From the NCBI RefSeq assembly GCF_006345805.1, contig NC_042997.1, positions 108,810,001-108,874,000 of the forward strand: a stretch of DNA of 64,000 nt, in the 5' to 3' direction. The position numbers were made by a program, and so were the translations under genes. The DNA is from Octopus sinensis. Lineage: Eukaryota. Below, in pieces: positions 26,740 to 40,509 of this stretch; position 1 is the first letter of the stretch; every line of letters starts with the position of its first letter. The notes under the pieces were generated by a model. It did not search any database. It had not been told where the DNA came from and worked only from the letters and a program-made list of their open reading frames with translations.

Positions 26740-27030
26740 AAGGTCTGTAATGTTGAATGTTACATACTTAGATACATCAAAGGCAAAGAGGATAACGATG
26801 GACAAGCTTTCGAAACCTCTAGCTTCTATATTCAGATTAAAGATTTACGTTTAGACCAATAATAATAATAGGTGCGCTTGGATTTGTGAGTAAATGCCTA
26901 AGTGACAATCTGGATAAGCTCGGATTTTCAGAAAAAGAAGTCAATCAACTAAATCGCAAATTTCAAATACAATTTGTAAGGGGAACAGTAAAAACATGCA
27001 AGATATTTATCAAGTTTAAACTGTGATTTT
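26740..27030 (+). mobile_element. R4-clade 3' fragment
   Basis: IIIGALGFVSKCLSDNLDKLGFSEKEV..GTVKTCKIFIKFKL*. Same family as 38036-38915. Confidence 0.78.
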
Positions 27031-27119
27031 GTTTTCGTTATCTACATTCCAAAGATGTATCTTTGTTAAAAACTAGCTCCTTCTTCAGAGGAAAAAAATT
27101 AGATAATTAAAAATACTAG

Positions 27120-27292
27120 AGAACATACACACATACATACATACATACATACATACATACATACATACATACATACATACATGCATACACACACATACAT
27201 ACATACATACACATACATACATACATACATACATACATACATACATACATACATACATACATACATACATACATACATACGTACATACATAC
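27120..27292. repeat. (ACAT)n microsatellite
   Basis: Direct reading. Confidence 0.95.
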
Positions 27293-27313
27293 GGTAAAGT
27301 TAGTAAATAAGGA

Positions 27314-27617
27314 CCCCGTTCAGTCATGAATAACTATTGGATTTTATCTAGAAAGTTACCCTCCGAGGCACAAATCTGGGCAACGTTTTTTATGTAACCA
27401 GCAGTCACCTATGCATACCAGCCTCCCCACTCCATGCCACCATTGTTATCCAAGGGAAAGTTAAAGGGGCCGATACAGCTTGTCACCAGGGACATTGCAA
27501 CTCATTTCTATAGCTGAGTGAACTGGAGCAATGTGAAATAAAGTGTCTTGCTCAAGAACATAACACACAGATCGGCCTTGGAATCGAAGTCACTATCTCG
27601 TGATTGTGAGCCCGACG
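27314..27617 (-). mobile_element. SINE with family-G head/core and a different 3' tail
   Basis: Core gagcaagacactttatttcacattgctccagttcactcagct is shared with 2443-2760, but the tail differs (ggagggtaactttctag...ttcatgactgaa). Confidence 0.78.
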
Positions 27618-28703
27618 ATACATACATACATATATATATACACGTATTGATCCACTCTAAGCCATAGTAGGAGACATGTTTAAAGTGATGTGCGTGGATT
27701 CGAACTCAGAATGCCATGTTTTACGAAAACAACGCCTGCCGAACCACTTCTAGGAAAACATTACAGAGTAAAAAACACTCAATTGATTTATAACATCACA
27801 CTTTTTGAAATATAATTGTTTCCCTCTTTAATCTGTTCTTGTATTTTTGGGCATTTTAGCTTTACGCTACTGTCACCTTTTCATTAAACTCAATTAAGTA
27901 GCCTTTTATAATTAGTTGATTAAGCGCATATCTTATCAAACGCTACAAACAGTTCCATTGATTTCTTTTCACCGTAAGCGATAGATGCTGCAACTTGAAG
28001 ACTTTCTGTTTCTCCTCGATCAGTAAATTCTTGATCTTGTCCGAGAAAGTAGAACTGGTCTTCTGCTAGGAACCCCGTGACCTCGTGGCATCAATTATTG
28101 TTCACAGTTCTGGCACATAAAAGAGACCACTATAAACAGAACTCGTTAAACATCGATCGTCCTTTCCACCCAAATCATATTCTGGTACAATTAACGAAAC
28201 TTATTGACAGCTTTTCGGAAGTGGTTGGAGTAACAGGAACAGAAGGAATAAAACGGAACAGAGAAGAAGGAATCAAACCGAGCCGATAAATTCTTCACTT
28301 CTAATACGTATATGAGTGAAGAGCTTAGCATTGTATTTACGTCAAGCTTTTGTATCAATAGGAATGTCTTTTCTTTCCACTCGGTCAAATATTAATTTCC
28401 TTTCGTCACGATTAAAATGGAAGTTTCAATTCTTGATCTTTCTCTCACCACTGGAAAATAAAGAATTTTGGAAGGACCATTATATAAGAGTCCTCCTAGA
28501 CGTTCCCCCCACCAAGAACAGTAATTACTAAGTTCCATAGTTGCAAACAATTGTTAAATTGCAATTGAAGAGCTATTCATTCTTCAACAGGTTCTCTGCG
28601 GTGTTTCCGTTACATGCAGGAATCATTTAAGACAGTTTTCGTTAAGTTTACCGAAAAGACTTTGAACCACACGCACACACACACATACCACACACACACA
28701 CAC

Positions 28704-28759
<56 letters not shown>

Positions 28760-29009
28760 CACACACAGATACACGCACCTACGTGCATACAAGCATAAAC
28801 TAATCTTTAGAATCTCAGGTAGATATTCTCAAAAGATTTAAGCAATGAGAACATTACAAACTAGCAACACACTCGATATTTATAATATTTTAATATTTAA
28901 TGGTTATCTAAGGTGGCAAACAGGCAGAATCGTTAACAAACCGGGATATAAATCCGTGGCGACATTTCGTATTTTCTGAGTTCAAATTCTGCCAAAATCG
29001 AATATATAC

Positions 29010-29197
29010 ATATATGATAGATCGTTAGCCACTGCACACATTTTTTCTCTCCTTGTTTTTTCTGTGTTCCATTCTGTAGAAGAGCATAGGCTCCAAACGT
29101 AAAAGACTTTTTCTATTCCTGAGCGTTATACTAATACATCTGTTTGTTTTGTACACCACCTGTTTTCGTCTTTGGGTTTTTTTCGTAAACTTCCCTA
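29010..29197 (+). mobile_element. Short repeat P1 copy
   Basis: Reverse complement of 10484-10700. Flanked by TA-rich tracts. Confidence 0.65.
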
Positions 29198-29313
29198 GGT
29201 ATATATATATATAATATATATATCTATATGTAAATGGCGTGCCTCAGCATGGCCACAGCTCGTGAGCTGAAACTAGATAAAAAAAATATATATATATAAA
29301 CACACACACATGT

Positions 29314-29413
29314 NNNNNNNNNNNNNNNNNNNNNNNNNNNNNNNNNNNNNNNNNNNNNNNNNNNNNNNNNNNNNNNNNNNNNNNNNNNNNNNNNNNNNNN
29401 NNNNNNNNNNNNN
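29314..29413. other. Assembly gap (100 N)
   Basis: Run of n characters. Confidence 1.
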
Positions 29414-29567
29414 CTTCCTCCCCCAGCACCCCCCCCACCGAATACCCCCCCCCCCCAATGTTCTAAGTAGGCGTTAAGCTCTTCTTCGATTCTCTCTCCT
29501 TAGGGAACTGACCAATATCAACACTACCACTTTAAACTTCATCATTTTGCTGCTCTTGTTTACCTTG

Positions 29568-29619
29568 TTGTAGTAGCAGCAGCAGCAGAAGCAGCAGCAG
29601 CAGTAGTAGTAGTAGTAGT

Positions 29620-29653
<34 letters not shown>

Positions 29654-29733
29654 TTAGCAGCAGCAGCAGAAGCAGTAGTAGTAGTAGTAGTAGCAGCAAC
29701 AATAGTAGCAGTAGCAGCAGTGACAGCAGCAGC

Positions 29734-29771
<38 letters not shown>

Positions 29772-29870
29772 TAGTAGATGTTCTTCATCAGCTTCATCTT
29801 CGTCGTCGTCGTAATCATCATCATCATCATCATCTTCATCCTTCATCATCATAATCATCATTCACTACTA

Positions 29871-29924
<54 letters not shown>
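29568..29924. repeat. Compound trinucleotide tract (CAG/TAG)n-(TCA)n-(CTA)n
   Basis: Direct reading. Confidence 0.95.
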
Positions 29925-29927
<3 letters not shown>

Positions 29928-30679
29928 CTCATTTCACTTTCCATTTTCATGTCCACTTCTCTCCTTTTCCTCTTTCTCTTTCCCTTTCTCTGTCTTCTAC
30001 TTCTGCTTCCTCCCAAACATCCCTATTGCTCTTCAACTCCTCCTTCCACTTTAAACATTTCTTCCTACCCCTGTATGCTAAATATCCTTCATTCTCTGTC
30101 TTCGGGTTACGCCGACGCTATCACACCATGCTTCATTAAAGCTATGGTTAAAAAAAAGCAGAAGCCTTTTGACAGCCATTTTTTTCGGGTTCATAGCAGC
30201 TACAGGCAGCTCGCCGATGGAACTCCACACAATCCCCTGCCGGGTATAATGTCAGCAAGCTGTTAGCTGTGATTGGTTCAATTAATATTCTCACTATTGA
30301 ACCACTGTCTACACATTGTCCTGTCATGGCTTCGTGGCTATTTGAAGAAGTCTGAGAATTAGAGAGAAAATTATATTTCACGTCTCGTACATTCGTGTAT
30401 ACACATTTATGTACCTGTGTAAAGCTTTCGCTGTCCTTCCTTTTCTACACACGCACGCACACACACACACACGCACTCACACAAACACATATATAATATA
30501 CATATGCATACATACACACACACACACATGTATATATATGGGTGTTTTGTTGTCCTTTGTCTGGATGTTTTGCGTCCTTAAGGATGCGTGGCGTTAGATC
30601 ATATAATAATATAAATAATATATAAATATATGCATATATACATACATATATGTACATACCTACATGTATATGTATATAT

Positions 30680-30900
30680 ACATGCATGTATGGGTACAGG
30701 ACATAAAAAAACGTGGGCAGAATGAGAAACGGGAACATAAAAAAACATAGAAAACGAACTTTTTTCGAACAAACAAAACAAAACAAACAGAAACGAGACA
30801 GGCAACATAAAGAACATTTGTTCCCTGTTTTATCTACTCCACGTTTCGAAGGTAAGGACAAGACGCGACTACTTTAAAACAGTCCTTCCCGCAAAGCAAA
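30680..30900 (-). mobile_element. Short repeat P2 (TA/CATA-associated)
   Basis: Shares gatgtcctgtacccata and gaaa..ggagtagata with 58255-58470, and aacatagaaaacgaac..gacaggcaacata with 5838-5912 and 7718-7795. Confidence 0.55.
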
Positions 30901-31615
30901 TTAACGTTCATAAGTTCTGCATAGATGCATTTACTGCTTGCACGTTTACAAACACAATGCATCTCTCAAGATGGCAGCGCCCAATTATTAATATCAATTT
31001 ATGTTCATATTCACGGAATATGACATTCAATTACATCTTTGACTGCCGTGATTTTCTGAAACCAGTCTTTTCTCTGCAGGCCACGGGATACATATTTTGC
31101 TACCATTTATATAAAGACCAGATCTTCCAACGATAATCAGCTAATCATAGTCCACAAATGCTTTTAAAGTCAAGATGTAACTCGAAAGCCTTGCTGCATT
31201 TTGTATGTGAATATATAAACATATGAATTAACTCTATTTACTGAGTAATAATCCTCGCTTTGACATATGCAACCTGCCATGGTGGTCACTCGCATTCGAA
31301 GAAGACTTGGTAGAATGTACCATGCCTTTGTCGATTGTTTTAGGTGTTAATTTAATAATGGACTGACATGGAGACGCTCTCGGTCTTCCCATTCTTGATT
31401 CGGTGAAAAACAAAAAGATAAAGAGATGACGCAGCTGCTGGAGGGAAAGGAGAATGCATTAGTATTTGCTTGATTCTTTTTCGACCTCGAAATATGAAAG
31501 CCAAAAGTTGACTTGGGCGGGATTTGATCTCGGCACGTAGAGCCGGAAGAAATATCACAACACATCTTAACCGTCGCGCTAACGACTCTGCAATTCGACC
31601 ACCTTTGCCAGAGAG

Positions 31616-31675
<60 letters not shown>

Positions 31676-32441
31676 GTAGTGAGCAGGAAGAATTAAAGTT
31701 CGAAGCGAACGATTAATAAAGGCTGTCGGAAGTATAGAAGAGGAAGTGGAGTAGGAAGGCAGATGGTGGTAGTGAAGTAGTAATATGAGAAGGGGGAGGG
31801 CAGAGGAAGAGGAGGAAGTAAAGGAAGAAGAGGAAGAGAGGAAATAATAGGGAACAAGGTACTGACGGAAGAATGCAAGAAATGACATTAACTCAACAAA
31901 TTTTTGTAACAACTTCTAGCGTAACGGCTTTCGTTTTTTTTTTCTTGTCAAAGGAGGATTCCTGTTGCTTCTGTTGTTACTTTTTCAAAGAATTTACCAG
32001 AAACACAAATATGAAAGTAGAAAAGAAACCACAGAAAAGCAAATTAATAAACGAGAATCTTGCTTAAGTGAGTAACATATATGGAATTGCATATTGTGTG
32101 CGATTTAACAAGCTTCACTGTTTCTTGTGTAAAAAGAAAATCATTGAATTTGGTTTGTTTTTCTGTCATTTATTATGATGACTCAGCGGCCAGTCATATC
32201 CCCAGTGTACTCACAAAAACATTACATAACTTGGATTACCCACGGCACAGCTATCGCCATTTAACAATCCATTTTGTATGAAATAAAATCTGTTACTGTT
32301 GTCATTAATAGATTGTGGTCCGACATTCTATGCTTCACTCTCGCTCTTTCTCTACCTTTCTCTCTGAATAAAAACATGTGCACACGGACACACGCGCATA
32401 CTTTCATACGCAGAGGCGTATATAGATATTGTACGTCTCCG

Positions 32442-32527
<86 letters not shown>

Positions 32528-32528
32528 G

Positions 32529-32595
<67 letters not shown>

Positions 32596-32606
32596 GATCG
32601 ATCTAT

Positions 32607-32647
<41 letters not shown>

Positions 32648-32909
32648 CAGTGTTAACATGTGACATTATTGACCGAGGTTACCGTGGTCTTTTCCGTAGG
32701 TTTTTCTTTCCACGGATAAATCTTATCTGTTTCCCACTTTACACTTTACATCATGACATTTCTGTGATACACGATCCCTATTGATCGTTTTGTTTTTACG
32801 ATCCCTTTTGATTGAAAGCCTACCCGCCATTTTTTCTCCCCAAAAAGAAAAGCTCTACTTTGTAATTTGTCCCCTCTGTGTTCAACCCTGTGTGGCTAAT
32901 AAAGAAACA

Positions 32910-32988
<79 letters not shown>

Positions 32989-32990
32989 AT
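32442..32990. repeat. Two (TCTA)n (GATA-type) microsatellites
   Basis: 32442-32647 and about 32910-32990. Confidence 0.9.
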
Positions 32991-33974
32991 CTGTCTGTGT
33001 CTATCACTCTCTCTCTGTTTGTCTGCCTCTCTAAATGTATAAAACACACAGTATACATTATACTCACACCAAACACACCACTAATACAACTACAACCACC
33101 AAACGCCAACATAATACATGACACATCCGTCACAACCATCTCTCTCTCACACACACACCAACTATCATACACATTAACACACATACTACATCACACGGAT
33201 GTACCTACACATAAACAAGAGACATAAACACGTACACATTTAAACGGTGAGAAACATGTAATCTTGAAAAGCATTAACAGAATATTTTTCCTCAACTCCG
33301 CCATTTTGGATGAGATTAAAATGACCATTATTGGTCATTATTGGTGTCTGGTGCGACTTTAGGGACTTCGATAACGAAGGTACTTCAATCATTGTCTAAC
33401 AGAAATACAGACAAGCCCAACCTTCACATGTACTCCCTTTAATCTATTATTATAGCGGTACCCGTATTACTCATTCAATTTAAACATTCCTTTCTCTTTC
33501 TTTTCTCAACTCATTCTTTCACGTGCTACTTCTCTGTCGTTCTCTTCCTTTTTATCTTCCATTTCCTCTTTCCGGTCTTTATTCTTTCATTCAAACTATT
33601 CCAAACCAAAATCTTTTAGTGTTATGGGAACAATCTCTAATAAAACCTAATGTGCCCATTATACTAAACTTGTGCCATTTTCCCAGTCGTAGCCAATCCA
33701 TTCGATTTTCCACTACTTTGTGTTGATATTGTTTCGCCATACACAACCGATTCCATCTTCCATATCCTTTGTAACAGAATACAAATGAAACAGTTCCATA
33801 TAGACTTCCTTTAATCCATTCATAATCAACTGAATTCTAATTTCATATTCGTTCATTGTTTCTCTTTTAATCTATCTTTCACCACTCGCTGTCAATCGTC
33901 GACCATTTTGGATTTTGTTTAGTTTTTAAAAATTTACTGGAATTTACATTATTAATTATTATTACTCAATTACT

Positions 33975-34350
33975 TTAAGTGGCAAGCCGGTCGAATCGTT
34001 AGCACACCGAGCAATTTGCTTACGTACTGACTTCAAGTTCTGCCGAGGTTGACTTTGTCTTTCATCTTTCCGGGGTCGATAAAAGAAACCGCCATTTGAG
34101 TATCGGGGTGGATGTCAAAGACTAGTCTCCTTCCCTCAAAATTTCAGAAAAGGATTATTATTTTGAGACAGCGTATTGGCTGAATCGTTAACGAGTTGAG
34201 CAAAATGCTTTGCAACATTTCTTTTGGCTCAAATACCGCCCAGTTCAACTTTTTCATCGTTTGTGGGTCGATAACATAAGTACCAGTTCAGGGGTCAACG
34301 TAATCGATTTCCCACTCAGGTCACAATTGATGACCTTGTTATAAAATTAG
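33975..34350 (+). mobile_element. Two tandem SINE family B copies
   Basis: gaatcgttagc...gccgaggttgactttg...ggggtcgataaa occurs twice. Confidence 0.75.
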
Positions 34351-36240
34351 AAGGATTTAGTGATTTTGTTCTCGAAGAGGTTATGTTTTCGCTTCTCGTC
34401 TTTCTTTTGCCAGGTGAGACTTATAATCAATTGAATCGGTCAATAAAATTGATTGATTCTGATTGTATTGATCTCAGTGGAGAAGAAAGACGATGACATG
34501 TCAAGAGTTGGACATAGAAACAAAAATGTTCATAAAAAAGATGAGGTGGTCACTTCTGAGACGCTTTTGAGGATAGGTTTGCAGGAACACAACTGACCAA
34601 GAACTAGACATCAACAGTACGATAAAAAAAGAAAAGTAAAAAAGAAAAAGGAAATCCAAAATCCAGCACGACTGACGTAACAGTGAAATAAGGTGCAACC
34701 CATTAAAATTGGTTGTATACACATGATGCTGATATCCCGAACGATTTCTTATCACCCCCAGAGTGTTGAAAGGCGAAGGTAACTTCAGTAGGATTTGAAC
34801 GTAGTCCTGAAGGAACGGAACTAATTACACAGTAAGGGATTTTAATCAACACGCTATCGATTCTGCCACACCGTCGATCTAATAAGAATTTTACTATTTC
34901 TAGAATGGTATACTCGGTAGAGCAACCGAAACGAGCACATGATAGGTAATATCTCTTTAGCTTGTGAGTTCCAATCCAGCTGAGTTCGAATTTGCCTTTC
35001 AGTCTTCCGAGATCGATAAAATAAAATTAATATCTTAATCAATTATTGAGATTATTCATAAACAAGAGGATGTTTCTACATATATTAACATGTTGTTTTG
35101 CTTGGGAATTTTATTATGGAGACAAATAATTTATGTGTGTGTGTGTGCGTGTGTGCGTGTGTGCGTTCGCGTGTGTGTGAGTGTGTGTTGTTTGAACATG
35201 TGAGTTTATTCGTTGGGAAGCTAGTTTTAAAAGTGCATTTATCAGACAATAACCAAAACACATAAAGAAATTCTGATAGAAACTAAATGTAAGGAGAAAT
35301 ATGGCCACCATAAGTAGTCGTTTATTAAAGTGAATTATCCGTTTCGAGGCGGAGGAGCAATATGCAGATTTTGTTAAGAGAGCATCTTGTTGTGGGTTGG
35401 CCGCCAGCAAGTCTACAGATATATATAAATAATGACATTTTGCTAAGGCCACCGGGATTAAAACGAGGCCATAAAACTTCATTGAGAAGCCATTCAGTGC
35501 ATAATTCGAAAGGCGATATATTCCCCTGTAAATAACCAAAGCGACATATCTACAGTCGTTTAGAATCTCCAATGATTGAGTGACCAAGCTAATATACGCA
35601 AGCGCACTGTCCCCGTCTACCTCCCTCCCTCTCTCTCGAAGTATTCAAAGGAAATAGGAAGAGGCGAAACAAACAGTTCTTTGATTGTCCTGTTGGTAGC
35701 CTGATTGATGGAAGAGAGATAAAAACGGAATGTCGAGAAAAATTAAATGATAGTCTTAGATGAACAGCATCAGTCGGTTTCCATTCTTCACGTTCTGATT
35801 GCATTTTTTTATGTCGATATTCAGCAATCGATAATTTATAATCTAAGATTGCCAGTTATGAAGCGATCATATTCTACATGGTTGAATAGAGACGTAAAGG
35901 AATTTGACATTATCATACAATACTTACATCTAACATCGTCTCTTTGTGGTAAGGACACATCTGAAGATAGCCTACATGAAAGGAAATAAAAGAAATCTCT
36001 GTGAAGGGGCGCCGCACAAGTTCACTCATTCAGATGGTAAGATTACAAGTTCAACTCGTACTTGCGTTACCAACAAACAAGTTGAATCATACAGCACGAA
36101 AAGGCTGACACTATCAACTAAAACAACACGTGTTACTGAATGCATCGTACATACCTTCATACACACAGACAGATGTTTACGCACATAATACACACACGCG
36201 CGTAAGCATGTGTGTATAATTATCTTCGGTCTTTTTTTTT

Positions 36241-36450
36241 ATTTGTTTCAGCCGTTAGAACGCGGCCATGCTGGGGCACTGCCTTGAAGAGTTCTAGTCG
36301 AACAAATCGAGTCCAATACTTGTTTTTTTTTAAACACTGGTACTTATTCTATCGGTATCTTATGGCAAACAGCTACGTTACGAGAACGTAAACAAACTAA
36401 TACCGGTTGTCAAGCGGTGATGGGGATAAATACAAATGCAGATACACATA
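36241..36450 (-). mobile_element. SINE family A, 3' half
   Basis: gcggccatgctggggcactgc...tacttattctatcgg...ggttgtcaagcgg. Confidence 0.8.
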
Positions 36451-37334
36451 TACATACACGTACAGCATGCAGAAACATACACACGTACATAGATAAATAG
36501 ATACATATATACATATATACATACACACATACATACAGTTTTGGATGTCAGGGTGGAAACCCACCCCGACATCTCTTCAGTTATCGGGCCATCGAAAAAA
36601 TGCTATGAAAATGACCGGTGAAAGGTTTTCGGTGTATTTTTAAGCTTTCACCGTCTTGGAATTTTCCCTGGGTGACGAATCTCGCTGCCAATGAGGGCAT
36701 AAACAAAACATACATTATGTTACAGCGGCCACTAGAGTTGCTTCTAATTCAAAATTTTATTTCGTTCCACTTATGCGGTGCTGTTGCACATCATCAGATA
36801 GATCTTATGCTATTTGCATATATACCTCACACGAACGATTCGAATTCGCTTCGAGATGACTCGGTTATAGATTTCCGATGAGCTGCAACCGCAGCAAAAT
36901 ATCGGTATCCATTATTCTCGTTCACACCCAGGGCGATTCACTTTGTCTACTTTCGAGGTATTCAGTATTTTTCAAAGTGTTTGAAAGAAACAAAGATTGC
37001 TTTAAAGTTCAAAGACTAGGTCTTTGAACTTTTCTACTATAATATCTTTTTCCTGAAGACGGAGGTTCGTCTCGTTCTATGTTGAATGCATCCACACAGC
37101 CGCATTCTCCGATGGATTTAATCTACAAACACTTAATACCAAAAGGTAATATTTATTCCCACTTACAAGGGGATGTTATGTTAGAGCTTTCAACTTCCGC
37201 CTACGCGGTCAATTTACAAGGGTTTGATATATATATTTCAAAGAGTTTGCCAAAAATACATGGTTTTCTTATAAACTATAAAGTTTTTTAAAAAGAGAAA
37301 TTAGAAAAACTACGACTAGAACATTTTGAGGCGA

Positions 37335-37620
37335 AGCTTTCATATTGAAATAAAAAAGATGTGGAATCTTAAAACAAAAATTGTCCCTATTATAATGGGT
37401 GCACTAGGTATGGTAAAAATGAGATGCCGGAAATATTTAGACAACATCTGAGGAAAACCATGTCTCAAGGAAATCCAAAAGATTGTGCTGACAAGTGATG
37501 TATGCATCCTACGGAAAACCCTATCAATTTAAATGTTTGTGTTGTATTATATGGAGGTAATTCTCTACTGTCCTCGCCAGGAACGGAAAATTATCCAGCA
37601 ACTCGGGCTAATACGAAGGA
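37335..37620 (+). mobile_element. R4-clade 3' fragment
   Basis: IEIKKMWNLKTKIVPIIMGALGMV..LKEIQKIVL..ILRKTLSI*. Same terminus as element 48572-51176. Confidence 0.8.
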
Positions 37621-38035
37621 ACCTGGTAGGTGTAAAAGACTGACATCTCTTATCAAGAGTACAGGTGACAGTCAGAGCGCTGATGTCTGTCGAGCAATCA
37701 GCTATCATTATTTGATTGCTGTTGTTCTGTGCATCAGTTATGTTTTACAGGGTTGCTTAATTTTTACACTTAACTTAGAAATGAAGAAAGACCTGGTGCT
37801 AGATGTAAAAATAATCCTTTTGGGGTTAGAAATATTGCGGAAAAACGTGAAATTCTTCAACACGGCATGTGTCTTACGCGAAATCTGTGATGAGCTCAAG
37901 TGACAAAAAACTGTGATGAGCCCGAGAGACGCGACCTAGAGTTGTCTCATGTATATATACATAATACACATACGTACGTAGATAATACATACATGCATAC
38001 ATGCATGCATACATACATACATACATACATACATA

Positions 38036-38915
38036 TAAAAAAGCTATGCATGGATATGTTGCCTGGAAGCTTGAAGAAGACAATGGAACTGAGACGAAGT
38101 GCAGCCTCTCTTGGACACAAGACCACTACATCACATCACACTTTGAAGGCAATGCGTTTGCAATCCAGGAACAGGAGATTGCCACAAAGTACCTGGTGAA
38201 CAAGAGAGACAGTGACGCTCTTGTAATCCCAAGGTGCAACCGTACGTGTAGACTATGCTATGTTTCAGTGGAAGACATCACGCATGTGATTAGCAGCTGT
38301 CCTAAAATGTCGTCACGGCACTACCTCCGTATGCGGCATGACGTTGTTGCTAAAACAATTTACAATGCCATCCGCAAAAAGACTATTCTGAAATAAACTT
38401 AGAAAATCCCTCTGTTATGGAATACATTCATAAACACCAACTCAAGGAATACTGGTGGAATATTCCCATCAAAGCTTCTGTCAAATGTAAGCATAACAGG
38501 CCGGATATTGTTGTTTGGGACGGAGAGCCATATGTATGTACCATCATGGAGGTCAGCTGCCCTGCAGATATAAATATCTCTTTGAATATCAAAGAAAAGA
38601 GGATATCTATGGACATCTGCTTCGAAACCTCTAGCTTCTATATCCAGACTATGAATTCATATTCATACCAATATAATTGGAGCACTAGGTTTTGTAAGTA
38701 AATGCTTAAAGGAGAATCTGGATAAATTGGGATTTTCAGAAAGAGAAATCGACCAGCTAATTCTTACATTATAAGTGCAATCTGTGAGTGGAACAGTAAA
38801 AATATGCGAGACTTTTCTCAAGTTCCAAATGTGAATTTTTCTGTGTTAAGTACTTGCCAAAGATGGAACCTTGTATCTATGTTGGAAACCGGTTCCCTTC
38901 TCAGTGGAAGATTTA
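38036..38915 (+). mobile_element. R4-clade non-LTR retrotransposon 3' part (CCHC finger plus endonuclease)
   Basis: FAIQEQEIATKY, CRLCYVSVEDITHVISSC..RHD, WWNIPI..KHNRPDIVVWD..IMEVSCP, IPIIIGALGFV, GTVKICETFLKFQM*. Confidence 0.9.
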
Positions 38916-38974
38916 TAATAATTAAAAAATAGAAGAGACAGACATACATGTATAAATTTTATTCTGGTTATACA

Positions 38975-39400
38975 TAGGCGCAGAAGTGGCTGGGTGGTAA
39001 GTAGCATGCTTACCAACAACATGGCTCCGGGTTCGGTCGCACTGCGTGGCACTTTGGGCAAGTGCTTTCTACTATAGCCTCGGGCCGACCAAAGCCTTGT
39101 GAGTGGTTTTGGTAGACGGAAACTGAAAGAAGCCCGTTGTATATATATATATATATATAATATATATACATATATATATATATATATCTGTGTGTATGTT
39201 TGTGTGTGCCCCCCCCCCAACATTGCTTGACAACCGATGCTGGTGTGTTTACGTCCCCGTAACTTTACAATCGGCAACAAGAGATTGATAGGAGAGATAC
39301 CAGACCTATAGAATAAATATTGCGGTCGATTTATGATTTATTCAAGGAAAACTGTCAAGGCCGTGCTCCAGCACGGCCGCATTCAATGACTGAAGCTTAT
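38975..39400 (+). mobile_element. SINE family A, full length
   Basis: aggcgcagaagtggctgggtggtaag...(TA)n...gtgctccagcacggccgcattcaatgactgaa. Confidence 0.88.
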
Positions 39401-39618
39401 TTACATTTATTAGCGTTGTGATACATATTTGTCAACATGTCCACATCCTTCAATAAACAGACGATTCTGCTCAATAATTTAAGAGGAAATGTTTAATAAT
39501 TTTACACTTACCCTGTTTTTAACATCGACTTCTTTCAAAATTGTGCATTTCACTACGCAGTGGATTCCTTTTTTTTCTATATGTACACACACACACACAC
39601 ACACACAGACGCAGATAC

Positions 39619-39655
<37 letters not shown>

Positions 39656-40467
39656 TATGCTTTTTAAATCTCTGCAATTTCTACATTATGTTTCATTTTT
39701 AAGACAAATTTTTCTCTCATAATTTTCTTTTTATTGCAGCCTTATAAATTCTTCTTAATTTTCTAAATTCTTCATTTGAAGGTGAAAGGCGATGGCGGAG
39801 GGTGAAAGATTCTTGTTTTTATATTTATTCTCCATCATATTTTCACTTTCTTCTCCTCACCATCTTCTTTTATCATCGTTTTTAAGTAGTTTAAAAAGAT
39901 TTATCCATATTGCATCCTCATCTTCCTCTTCATATATTTCCAGAATTTTCTTCGTTGCAACTAGTTTTTATTGTTCTTGTTTTTTGTTAAATATTTTTAT
40001 ACTGAAGTATCTTGTTTATGTTTGTATTTTAACTTTATCTCAGTATTTAATTTTTTTATTTTGTAAATTTTTGACAAATATTTTCTACATTCCAAAATTC
40101 CACTCTTGGTGAATGTTACGATCTGGTTGCAATAAATGCCTGTTTTTTTTTTAAATATCTTTCTTTATTGGTGTTTTAAAATAAAATATTGTAATCTGGT
40201 TGTAATCTCTCCTCCCTTCGCCACCAACCCGACCCTCACCTCGACACCACCCGACACAAGATCTGTCGTTCCTGAGTAACATGTCGAAGCACACGATTTT
40301 TTTTTGGCGACCAACGAAACGGTGCGCATTTTATAAACGGATATAACACAGAAATCTGTACTCCCACATTCACATATACATGCATACAAGCATTTACATA
40401 TACATATATATCTATACGCGCGCGCGCACACACACACACACAAACCTACACACACACTCACGTATAT

Positions 40468-40509
<42 letters not shown>

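Noticed and set aside
29414-29458. C-run cluster as a G-quadruplex on the minus strand
   Set aside because: Directly abuts the assembly gap, so the sequence is unreliable.
31081-31180. Strong acceptor ttttctctgcAG at 31080 as the start of a coding exon
   Set aside because: All three frames stop within about 30 codons. It cannot be supported as coding without transcript data.
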